Positions 52,600-64,000 of a stretch of DNA of 64,000 nucleotides are shown here, in pieces. A program made the position numbers and the translations under genes. The stretch covers positions 1-64,000 of the forward strand of contig JBHGNT010000033.1 in NCBI GenBank assembly GCA_043228905.1, written 5' to 3'. Position 1 is the first letter of the stretch. Each line of letters begins with the position of its first letter. This DNA is from Azolla caroliniana (taxonomy: Eukaryota; Plantae; Polypodiophyta). The notes below the pieces were generated by a model, which made no database searches, was not told where the DNA came from, and saw only the letters and a program-made list of their open reading frames with translations.

Positions 52600-55500
52600 T
52601 TAACTCTGTGTTCCTGGAGGTGGGGAATCTTTTGAATTCTTTTTGGGTGATTCTTTCCGAGCTCGATTAGTACTAGTCTCAGTAGCTTGCTTCCGCGATC
52701 CCCTACTTTTGTGAGGGATTCTCCTCTCTAGAGGGTGGATAGGCCAGAAAGCACCTATGGGCTCGGGTATTATGATGGTTGGTGGCACTGGGCCAGGCCC
52801 TAAAAGACCAGGTGTGTTAGGGCTCTGAAAAACAGGGAACTCTGTTTGAGGTATAAAATGCACAAACGGCACAAAAGTAGGAGCATTATGAGCACCCCCT
52901 CGAGCACGATTCCTATGGTTATCTCCTCTTGGAGTTACATGTTCGGCCCTATGGTCACCAACCCTTTCCCTAGGTATCTTTAAGCCATGAGAACCATGTG
53001 GTTTATGGCGAGATCCTTGCAAGAACTCTCTTTCTGAATATGATGCTGATGAATGAAGATTGTGTGTTTTGATTGATGGGGGGGGCCCCATACGATACCT
53101 TTGCTGCTGATCTGATAGTGATCCTGATCTATTTGAGATCTCTTCTTTGGAATGTAAATTTGTTTTCTCTGACGGTATTCTAGGTTCAGTGTCAATCTCA
53201 GTCAGTCTTCTATTTGTGTTATTGTCTTCTTTCAAATTCATTTCATTCTTTGTTTCTTCACCCTCAGCCATGATTGTTTGTTGCAAGTCATTCTGTTCTT
53301 CAGATGCATAGTCCATTAAGCATGTGCCTTGTGTTGAAAGACCCTCTGAATGGGATGGCAAGCTGTGTTGTTCCTCCAGCTTGGCCATATCTGATTGCTG
53401 TTCTAAAGCACCCTCTTGTTTTTCTTTGTTTACCCCGTCTTTCTGTTGTCTTATTGCATCATCTCCCATTTCTGGATATAATTGTAGATTCCTAACTTCA
53501 TCAGCCAAACCAGAATGTGTCCTTTTATCACCAAATGGACTCTTAAAACCAGGTTCCATGGCTGTTTCATCTCGATATTCCATGTCTTTACATCTATCAT
53601 CGCCCATTCCAAGATCCGTTGAGTCTAAACTTTTGTAAGATACTTGATCCTCTGATTCAATAATTAGTCCGTCAATATTATTCATCTTGCTTCCAGAGGC
53701 TTTCACATCCAGTGTTATATCCTCTTTCTCACGTTTATCTGTCTTTGAATAGAGGATTGCTGAATTCACATCCTGTCCGTTCCCTTCTGCTGATGGAAAA
53801 ACATTGCAGTCCTCTTCTTTCACCTCAGTTCGAATACTAACTTCAACTGATATTCTCCTTGCTGTAACATGTTCACCTGCTGGTGAAATGTGATTGGACT
53901 TGCTATCATCAATAACAGATTCTTCAGGATAATTTTCAAGTTCTTCATCCATGGGCAGTAAGGGGCTCATCATGAAATCAAAACTATATGGATCGGTCTT
54001 TTTGAATATGAATGTTGTATATAGGCCTGTACAAGTTACAAGAACTTTATTAGAGAAACAAAGCACAAAGTCAATCCTCAATATCCTAATATTTGTAAGA
54101 TAATTTTAGAGAACAATGCTGTAGACTAATGCTCTTACTTAATATATCATGAGCAAATTGTGGAAGCTTCCCTTTTGGATCTACCAGATTGCTGCATGTA
54201 GCTCGTAAGATATCCGAAAGTTGAATGCTAATCAGGACATGCAAAGTAGTTGATGAATACTATTTAGAGAAGAAATGAAACAAACAAGTAAGACACAACC
54301 AATGAAAAATACTTTTTTCCTCACGAAGTGCACTGGTCAATACGCCAAGATGTTTAAAATTATTAACATGGAACCTGAGGGTTCCAGTTTTCCAGATGTT
54401 AATAGCTACTAAAGTAGAATTACCGATAATCATCATAAAACTCCTGTAAATTTTGCAATTCAATATACTCCAAACCCACTTCCTCCGCTAGCCTGCAAGG
54501 AAACCAAGAAACGAAATTATCTAAGAAAACAGGTGTAATATCTTTCATCATGGTTTAAGACTATCCAACCATTTAGATCTGGTTAGAGGCATGTACAAAC
54601 ATTGGCATATCCAATGCATTTCTGACTAGGTACAATATATATGACCTGACTTTAGATCTAAGATCTCTGAAGTTAATGAGTAGCTCAGAATGTATAACAT
54701 CCCAGAATGTATAACATCCCAGCCTCATCTATACTTCAAAAATAACTTGGGAGCTACCTTATCAAGCTTGGAAAGTGTATCAAGTGTTGGCTTTCTGCAA
54801 TGACTCCATCTGCAAATTGCAAAGTGTATCTTGTCCCAAATGGTGTAAATCTGTTCATGTTTTCATTTGAAAACACTTCCTCAGCTTCAACTCAAGATAA
54901 CAAATGATTCTGATATTAAAAATAATTATAGTACCTGTCATCTTCAAAACTTATTATATAATACTCTGAATGCACTCGAGGAATGACACGCAAGGATCCA
55001 TGCCTGTGTGCACTCTCAACGACCTTTTGATATTTAGACCTATGGCAAAACAAAAGTAGGAAATTCTATAACATTATTCTTCGCGGCTCACGACATTATG
55101 ATTTGACAAAGATGATGCATAAAACATGCAGGAACATAAACAGAAACCATCTCCTACAAGAATAACAAATGGCCTTTTCATGTTATACAAGAGCTCTTGA
55201 TAGATTAGAAGGTTTGGGCTTTGGTGCTAAACTCCTGGTTTCCAGAGTTCAAACAAAGACAGATGAACAACATTCAACATGCTTTTTTATTCTGCAGCCA
55301 TATTAGATGAGTGGTATACCATATGGTAGAAGAATCAGCAGTAATACCAAAAAAATAACCACCGGGCTTCAGTATTGAAGCTACATTAAGTAGCAAGCTC
55401 TTTACAGACGCTTCTTCAGAAAAGCAGTCCTACAGATGCCATATAAAACGCAAGCTTAATTAAGATAACACCATTCTATCCAGTAATGAAAATGAGCTGA

Positions 55501-58437
55501 AGTTCACCTGTAACTGTCCCATGCATGTTACAAAATCTGCAGGTAAGCCTGCATATCTCAACTCGGTTTCCAGGTTTTCCTATGCATAATAAAACACCTT
55601 GTATTTTGATAACAGAATATATAAACAATTACAGCTTGTATTTCAATAATATCAACGCTAATCAAAATGTAGAGCTGAAAGCCTATGTTTCGACTTTTCA
55701 AATACACATTTTCACCATTTTATTTATTTAGAAATTTTCATATTCTAATTATTTTTATTTTTATTTATTGTTCAATCAAAACATGCAATCAAATTTGGAC
55801 GTTTTAATGTTCTGCTCCAAGCACACAACCTAATTATGATACATGAAGATACTCATATGCATCTATATATTGAACCATATTAAAAAATCACTGCATAAGC
55901 TAAAATACACAGAAGGTTTCAAATAAAACGAAACCAAATTTGAATGCATGTGCATTCCATAAAAATATCATTAGTAGTTCCAGAATTTGGACTCTGAGAA
56001 CAAACAGTTTGCACAGTTGAAATCTCATTAGGATGATATATCATCTGTATGTCATTACTAGAAGAAACTTGTCGACCCCATGGAGCTTCTGCAATTAACC
56101 TGATTTGCAAAGTAGTAAACCTGACAATCCATAGGACAAACCATAAAGAGACTAGCATCAGAAAAATGCATATCTACGGAATTAACGAGATTTGATGCCT
56201 TCACCTTTTCCCTTTTCAATTTCTCTTCACTCTTGTGAAGTTGTTTCATTTAAAATATTATAAAATGATGTATCTGTGTGTCAATATAACCATATTTCAC
56301 ATCTCTCTCTCTCTCTCTCTCCAATTCTTGCTACAATGTGGGAATTTTTGTACTTATTCTTTTTGTTAAGGAAACAATTGATTATCTCAAGCATTTGTGG
56401 ATGATTCTCCTAAATACGTGATAAGTGTTCATATATGGTAAGAAAGGGAATCCAAGGTGTCCAACCTGCTGAGAAGTTTTCTGGGGTTCTCTGAAAATTG
56501 AGTAAACGAGAGAGACTGCAAGACGTTTCTTAATTTTTCCTAAAAACTATTTCCAGTTTCAGAAATGTGTTTTTTGTTACATTCATGCGGCAACAATAAT
56601 AAGAGTTATTGAAGAACACTGTCTCCAAAGTGATAAAGTAGGTGGTATGTCCGGAAGTGTACAAGCTGAACAAAGAGAAGGAAACAACTTATAGAAATCT
56701 TCAGTTGAGATGATGAATGAAGCTCAAAATGTTTTATTTGAGCAAAGAAAATCCAGGGATGTGATATATGATACTGACTTCTGTCCCACCAAATATACTC
56801 GCAGCGACTAATACATGTATGTACCTTCATCAGAAAAACATTGAAACTTCATCCTACCATCAGATACCCTATCTTGAACCATCTAATAATGCCATGTCAT
56901 AAAGGCATAAGCTAAACTTAAAAAGGGCATGATTCTCAGAGAGAATTAGCATGCTGTTGATGTCCTTACTGTAAATGATATAAGTGACAACCCAGAGAAA
57001 CAATTCTACCTACAATTTGCATTTTAGGGCCATTTCTGAAAAAAGAACCACAAATCCTCCAGATCGTTGCGGCCAGTCATAACTTGAGGATTCTGCAATG
57101 ACAACCAACTATGAGATTTAACATCATACTCTTAAAAGGATTGGTGTGACTTCGTATAAACAATGGCAGCTCCAAATCCTGTAATTGTGTTTTCAAGGAG
57201 TTTCTCGCGTGTTTCGTACAGAGTTTTCATAGGTTAATCCTTTATCTAGAAACAAGGTCTCCTGCATCCATAAGTCCTGCACCTTGTTTCATCACCCAAG
57301 CATCATATCAATGACAATTTGACTCGTTCAACCATCTATCCCCTCTTGTGAGACCAAGAAAACAGTATTTCATTCACCATAATAAACCTAGATTATTGTA
57401 ACCCATACAACACTAATCTGTCCTCATGACTCAGTTGATCTCTCCAATAAGAATCCAATCAGGAGGACATTCGACCTTGTGAGAACATAAAGTATAGATT
57501 ATAGAAACCATCACCAGTACTTTGATTAGATTAGATTAGATATTTTTTGCGTCAATAGAGAGGTTAATATTGGCCCATGGGTGTTTTGATGTACGTCTCC
57601 TGCCTAAGAAAGTTTTCTAAAGCATCAACATTCATGGAAGCTTCTATTAATAATTCCATCACATGCCGAGCTTGGATCAATAACTCAAGAATGACTATTA
57701 AATTTAAGAGAAAAAGAATATCTGATATAATTTACACAAAGAATTCAACAGACACAATTATTAATCACATACCATGCTCGGATCAACTTCAAAAAACTCT
57801 GCTGGAAATGGCCTGTTATACAAATTCCATTGTTCTTGAGCCTCTTCCAAGGACAGGGAATCCAAATCTTGATGACAGATAAGACACTATAAGCAAAGAC
57901 AGGGAATCTCCATGCAAGGTAAAGAACAACATAGATTTCCACGAGGAAAGATGTTTTACCGATGCCGATGTATAGACCGATCTGAGCTTTGGCCCATTTC
58001 TCTGTGTCGAGACCTTGTCCACAGTAAAGATCACAAACCTGCCCGTAAAGAAAAAAAATAAAATCAGAGGCAGCATAAAATCACAAACAAAACGATGTGG
58101 TCATAGGTTATCGAATATTTCATTGAAAGGAGAGAAAAGAAAAGAGGCCACTTTTGAACGGAGGGAGAAAGATAAAGGCCAAGACTGCATATAAGAGCTA
58201 AAGTATGCCGACGGAAGATTCCATGGAGAGAGAGAGACTTACAGTGGCACCAGGGGGTACGAGCTGCTGAAGAAGGGCATATTTGACGAAATTGTGAAGG
58301 CGAGCTTGCAGAGTTGTAGCAGCAGCAGCAGGAGGAGGAGGAGGAGGAGGTGGGTTGAGGCGCGTCGAGGTCACATGGTGATGGTGATGGTGATGGTGAT
58401 GGTGGTGTTGATGGTGAGGTGGAGGGGGAGCGGCCAT
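52600..58437 (-). CDS. mRNA cap guanine-N7 methyltransferase 2-like (plant RNMT/Abd1 paralog) with long C-terminal extension
   Basis: Exon translations RLHNFVKYALLQQLV, VCDLYCGQGLDTEKW, ADFVTCMGQLQ/DCF, LKPGGYFFGITADSSTIW, LIHFPSLI/RLAEEVGLEYIELQNL and LYTTFIFKK match the cap methyltransferase family. The last exon is 54026-52600. Confidence 0.88.
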
Positions 58438-59015
58438 GTTCGATCTCGCACCGGTCTTTTAATATGTGTGTGTGTGTTTATATATTCTCCCTCCTATAAA
58501 TCCTTTCCTTATTTATACGAGATAAAAAATCCAGTTATAATCCTTCCATTTCTCTGCAAACGACAACAAACATTCTCCCGGAATAGACGAAGAATTGACG
58601 GAGTAGTAGCGATCAGATCGATCGGGTAAGGTCCTTCTTTATACGATTACTACTCTCTATGTTGTTTCGTTGCTGTAAAATCGAAAAGAAGCAAGGAATC
58701 GTAGCTTTCAGGCCTCCGCCTGAAGAAAAAGATATCATAGCTTTCAAGTCGTTGTGCCGTCTGTTCGAAATAGTACTAAAAATACACTGTCAGACCATCA
58801 AAAGAGCTTCAAATACCTGATGCATTCGAACCGACTATGATATTTTTTTTTCAAGAATAGTTCATTGAAAAGGCCCGTCTTCTTCTGTACCCGGTTTGCT
58901 ATAGTTCCTGCAAATATCTGACACACATCTCTCTATGGAGATTTCATTGTGTTTATCTGATTATATCTTCATCAGAGGAAAGAAATCTGATCTTAGGCTA
59001 ACCTAGTCACAGCCT

Positions 59016-60686
59016 ATGTTCTCTGCATACCTTTCTTCGTTGTCCCGCTCTAAGACCCCTGCAGCTTTTCCTCAGGTAAAGAAGGTCCATTCACAGATTG
59101 TCAAAGATAGCCATGAGGAAATTCGCCCTCTGAAAAACGCACTGTTTCTTGCATACATTAGATGCAGAGCTCTTGATGAAGCTGCCATGCTATTCTCTCA
59201 GATTTATCATGACAAAAATGAAAGTTGTTGGGCTCATCTCATCAAAGCACATGCTTGTTCGAAGCAACCTGAGATTGCTATTCAATGTTTCCATCAAATG
59301 TGCTTAGAAGGTAATTTGCCACAAAGGTTCGCTTTCATTGGCATCCTTGGTTGTTTTTCCGGATCCTGTTGTTCATCTCTTGACATGATCAAACAGATTC
59401 ATGTTCGTATTTTTGCCTCTGGATTGCATACAGATGTGGTAATAGCCACAAACCTTGTCAATATTTATGGAAGAAATCATGCCCAACATGTCTTTGATTC
59501 AAGATTCAATGTCTATAATCATAGCACCAATTATGCCCAACAAATCTTCAATTCAAGGATCGATGTTATTGACAGAACTCATAGCCTATACCATGTCCAG
59601 CATGCATTTGATCACATACTCGAACCTGATGTGGTCTTATGGACAGCTCTCATCACAGTATATGTGCAAGCTGAGCATGAGAGTCATGCATTCCATCTCT
59701 TGCAGAAAATGCTAATGGAAGGAGTAATGCCTAATGAGTTCACCTATGCAAGTATCCTTTCTGCAAGCCATGGGTCTCTGGATTTAAGAAAGCTTGAGTC
59801 TATACATGCTTGTGTCATATGCAGTGTTTATGGTTCGGACATTGTTGTATGCAATGGTCTTATACATATGTATGCTAAGTGTCGTAGCTTCGATGAGGCT
59901 ATCATGATTTTCAATGATATGGATGATCGAAATGTGGTATCCTGGAATGCTATGATTACAGCATGCAATTACCATAACAACCTAGAGAAAGTTCTTATGT
60001 GTATCAAACAAATGCAAGAAAGAGGTGTTTTCCCTGATGAAATCACGTTCATAAGTGCCTTTGATGTGTTTGCCAACCATGCCTCCATCACTGAAGGTAA
60101 GCAAACTCACACACACCTCGTTTACATGGAGTTAGACTTGGGTGGTTTAAACCTTGGAAACTCTCTCTTAAATATGTATGGGAAATGTGGTGATGTGGAG
60201 CTAGCTCGATCAGTTTTTGATAGCATGTCACGTCGGGATGTGACCACATGGACTGCAATGATTGCTTCTTATGCGCAACAAGGGTTGGGTGAAGAGGCAC
60301 TAGATCTTGCACCACAAATGTGGGAAATGGGTGTAATTCCAAACTCAATCACGTTTGTTAATCTTCTTTATGCATGTAGCCATTCGGGTTTGCTTAACAA
60401 AGCATGTGAGTATTTTATTCTAATGAGGTTGAATGGTATTATACCAAGTCTAGAGCACTATAATTGCATTGTTGATCTCATGGCAAGGGTTGGTCTTCTC
60501 GATGAGGGTGAAAGGTTACTAGAGAGCATGCCAATAGAAGCAAATTCTACATTATGGACAACATTGCTAGGAGGATGTAGGCTTCATTTTGATGTGGAGA
60601 GGGGTGAAAGAATTGTGGTACATGTTCTTCAATTGGGGATTGAAGAGGTTGGTCCATATGTGTGGCTATGGAACACACTTAGTTGA
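59016..60686 (+). CDS. PLS-class PPR protein ending in a partial E domain, 556 aa
   Basis: Intronless ORF with PPR motifs (NGLIHMYAKC, VVSWNAMI, GNSLLNMYGKCG) and HYNCIVDLMARVG...MPIEANSTLWTTLLGGC. Stops after GPYVWLWNTLS. Confidence 0.9.
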   Translation: MFSAYLSSLSRSKTPAAFPQVKKVHSQIVKDSHEEIRPLKNALFLAYIRCRALDEAAMLFSQIYHDKNESCWAHLIKAHACSKQPEIAIQCFHQMCLEGNLPQRFAFIGILGCFSGSCCSSLDMIKQIHVRIFASGLHTDVVIATNLVNIYGRNHAQHVFDSRFNVYNHSTNYAQQIFNSRIDVIDRTHSLYHVQHAFDHILEPDVVLWTALITVYVQAEHESHAFHLLQKMLMEGVMPNEFTYASILSASHGSLDLRKLESIHACVICSVYGSDIVVCNGLIHMYAKCRSFDEAIMIFNDMDDRNVVSWNAMITACNYHNNLEKVLMCIKQMQERGVFPDEITFISAFDVFANHASITEGKQTHTHLVYMELDLGGLNLGNSLLNMYGKCGDVELARSVFDSMSRRDVTTWTAMIASYAQQGLGEEALDLAPQMWEMGVIPNSITFVNLLYACSHSGLLNKACEYFILMRLNGIIPSLEHYNCIVDLMARVGLLDEGERLLESMPIEANSTLWTTLLGGCRLHFDVERGERIVVHVLQLGIEEVGPYVWLWNTLS

Positions 60687-61280
60687 CAACACAATCAATT
60701 TCTTGAGAGCGCCTAGATAGTCAAATTTAGGTACAGATCTTATTGGAAAGATGGTCGTCAAATGTTTGAATCCCTAACATTGATAGAAATATCTATGTAA
60801 ACTCGAAGAGAATTATATAACAAATTCTCAATTTCATGCATTAGTAAAGAAACTTGGCATTATCGATTATTGGGTCCCCATTGGCCCTCAGAAGTCCTTG
60901 CATATAATTTCACTTCAAAGTTAAAATAATGATAAAGTCCAAGTTACAAATTTAATAGCAAAGAATAAACATTAAAAGATCCAACAAAACATTTAATGTG
61001 GTTGTGGTGCCCTTGAATTTGTCCCAACCTTGAGACTATACCAAAAACTTTCTTAGGCTCACCAAACATAGTAGTCCCAGTACCAACAAACACATCCCCA
61101 TGGTTAGTCCCAACTTTGAGGCCCAACGTGTAGTTCCAACGAAAACCCCCCCAACGGCTAGTCCCAATGACCATATAAGGTTCTATATAAGGAGAAGGTA
61201 GGGTAAGGATTTTTACCTCATTCTCAAATTTCATAAGTTGGTGGTGCTTGGTGCTCTCTCTCTCTCTCTCTCTCTCTCTG

Positions 61281-63160
61281 GTCAAATGGATGGAAAAGGA
61301 AGCACATTTATGAATAAGCGATATGTTTAATGATGCATTACAACATGTATGTCGTACGATTGAACTACAAATTGGATCAAACCTTTACATAAAGGTGGAG
61401 ATGTAAATAATGTAAGCAACTATCGAACTATCATGGTTGGCTCATTTATGGCAAAACTATTTGGATGTATAATGGAATCGAAGATAAGTGTATCGGCTGA
61501 AAAAAATTGTGAGAGAGCTTATGGACAAGTTGGCTTTCGAAAACACCATAACACCATTGATCACCTTGTCACCCTTCGAGTATTACTGGAGGAAAGTCGC
61601 CTTCGAGGTAAAGGTTTATATTGTTTCTTTGTAGACTTCAAGAAAGCTTTTGATATGGTACCTCGTGAGAATCTTTGGAGGCGAATGGAAAAACTTGAGG
61701 TGCCAAGTGAATATATGTTTGCAATTTCCCAAATTTATGAGAAAGTTATATGTTGTGTGCGCTTGAGAGATAAACTTTTAGATTTTTTCAAAAGTACTAT
61801 TAGTGTTAGCAAGGATGCCCACTCTCGCCAACACTATTTGGTCTATGCATTGATGAATTGGAAGAAATGGTTACCAAGTTTGCAAAGGAAGAATGTGTTG
61901 AAGAAGTTGTCATTGGGAATGTTGTGATTATGCTTTTGCTATATGCAGATGATGTAGTGCTTTTTGCAAATACTTTAGGAGATGCACAAAAGCTTATGAA
62001 GGCATTGGAAAAACATTGCATGCATACTAAATTAAGTGTCAATAGCTCTAAAACAAAGATTATGCTTATGAAGAGCCAAAATAGAGATAAACCATACATT
62101 ATGTACAACAATGAGTCACTTGATTGTGTGGAAAGCTTCAAATATCTTGGCCTTGAAGTTCCTTCAAATCATAGATAGAATAAATGTGTTACACACCGCT
62201 TAGAAGCGGGTAAGCGAGCATACTATGCAATATTGGAGATATTAAGTGTTGGGTCCTCAAGAAATATCTTTTCAACACTTTGGTGACACTGGTTCTTCTC
62301 TATGGGGTGGAAGTATGGAGCGGTAGCATCCCTAAATCTATGTGGAAAGAGGTTCTACAAAGTTAAGAAACAAACACCCTACACCCTCCTCCTCCTTGAG
62401 ACGGAATCGCTTCCCATTCAAATCATGGCCATGGAAAGGGTTGTTGAATACATGCTTAAGGTTCAAAAAAGTCCCTCACATCGACTTCCTAGAATTGTAT
62501 GGGAAGCAAGCAAAAAGATCCAAAAGACGCATAAAAGCAAAATTTTGTGTTCCGGTTGGATGCAAGATATAGAAAATTGGTTTGGTAGATGGGATGCGAG
62601 ACACTTGCTTCATGATGCATCATTAGATTCCTCTGTAAATGAGGCCTTTTTGCAACGCCAATGTATCATGACATGGGACAAATGTGGAGGCTCGTGCTTC
62701 ACACATTATACTACACATGTTGCACCTAACTACAAAACCATATTCTTTGCGGAACGGGGAAATCATACACATCGATACATGTTGGAGCCCATACCGTTAT
62801 CTGCCATTCGAACCTTGGCTTCCATGCAACTTAGCTCACATGCATTGCGATGTGGGACATGGCATTGGGGCACAAGTGATGAGAGTGGTTGGCTATGCAC
62901 ACTTTGCCCTAAACAAGTTCGTGAGTCTGAGTATCACACTTTGATACAATGCTCTACCTTTGATGATATTTGACCATGCTTTCCATATCTCTCCGATTGA
63001 GCCCAATCTTGCATGGATTCCTCTCACAACCACAATGTGCACTCTCAATTGTAACATTCATTGGTAAAGTTCTTGAACATCAAGAGTCACTACTCACTTT
63101 CACACGTATCACATGAAATGTAATATTTTTGGTCTGATGTCATATTTGACCTATGATAAT

Positions 63161-63194
<34 letters not shown>
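61281..63194 (+). mobile_element. 5'-truncated, frameshifted non-LTR retrotransposon (LINE) with RT and C-terminal Cys/His motif
   Basis: RT motifs NYRTI, QVGFR, FVDFKKAFD, LLYADD and FKYLG are split over frames. C-terminal SSHAL...CTLC...ESEYHTLIQC. Ends in (CT)n. Confidence 0.9.
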
Positions 63195-63195
<1 letters not shown>

Positions 63196-64000
63196 GGTGA
63201 AAACACACAACTATATTAATAAAACTATGTGAAAAACACTACTTACAATGGGTGTTACAATGAATTATAGTCACCTACTAACTACATTACATGGGTAGTG
63301 GATGTTAGCCATGGGACAAAAAGGCAAGAGGTGTGAAATGAATCGTATAAATGAAACAAGTAGGCGAGTGTGAAAAGGAGAATCGACCCAAGTGTGAAGA
63401 AAGTAGTTGAACGAAATACGTGCAACCGAGAATAGGGGCCGAAAATCAGAGGAGTGGTTGGAGCGCGCCGAGGGGACACAGAAGCTATATAAAGCGGGGT
63501 GCAACAACATAAGAGGGGGGGTAGAAGAGAGCAATATATCTATGTGTGATATAGAGGAGAAAAGGACCTATATGTATATCTGTTTTCTGTTATAAGAGAG
63601 AGAGTAATAGTAATGTCGGCGGGAAGTGGTGTAATCGATATATGTAATAATTCTATACTATAATACATACTTTTTTCGGGTCAATTTCCGGTGTCAATTC
63701 AATATCCATAATTACGTTGAGTTCTAGTCCTATTCATAAATCATAAGTCATAAGACTAGTTGTGATCGACCATTTCGTAGTTAATCGGCTTGTTCAACCC
63801 TAGTGTACCCTTCCTACGTAACCACGATTCCCTTGACCCGATTATTCAGGGAGTAATCGAAGGTGTATCTCCGAGAGAGGAGACAATAGTGGAACATGTT
63901 GAATTACCAATAGGCAAGATGAACATTCCACTGCGGAAAGAATTTCCACTACTCCACTAAAGAAAATCGTCACATTAGTACTCCCTTCAACTTTTGTAGA

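Noticed and set aside
63250-64000. Possible LTR or organellar fragment at the window end
   Set aside because: GGGTGTTACA resembles an LTR end, but no matching terminus, PBS or coding motif is visible within the window.

Overview
Eukaryotic, intron-containing land-plant nuclear DNA. The long intronless PLS-class PPR genes and compact introns suggest a fern or other seed-free plant (inference). I read nine protein-coding genes: tubulin-folding cofactor A (-, 3 exons, missed by the ORF track), a PLS-E PPR, ankyrin-RMT2/PRMT2 arginine methyltransferase, a 2H phosphoesterase, the queuosine salvage hydrolase QNG1/DUF2419, condensin subunit CAP-D2, a THUMP-domain m2G methyltransferase with a GC-AG first intron, an mRNA cap N7-guanine methyltransferase 2-like gene with a long C-terminal extension, and a second PPR. 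There is also one orphan ORF. Non-genic features: a plastid 23S rRNA fragment (NUPT), two related hAT-like MITEs, a probable solo LTR, two homologous non-LTR retroelement copies each bracketed by (CT)n, and many local tandem duplications and microsatellites. I found no confidently novel multi-gene system. The best leads are the (CT)n-bracketed LINE family, the extended cap methyltransferase, the orphan ORF and an apparent concentration of RNA-modification genes. Exon boundaries were read by eye and family names come from motif recognition, not database searches.
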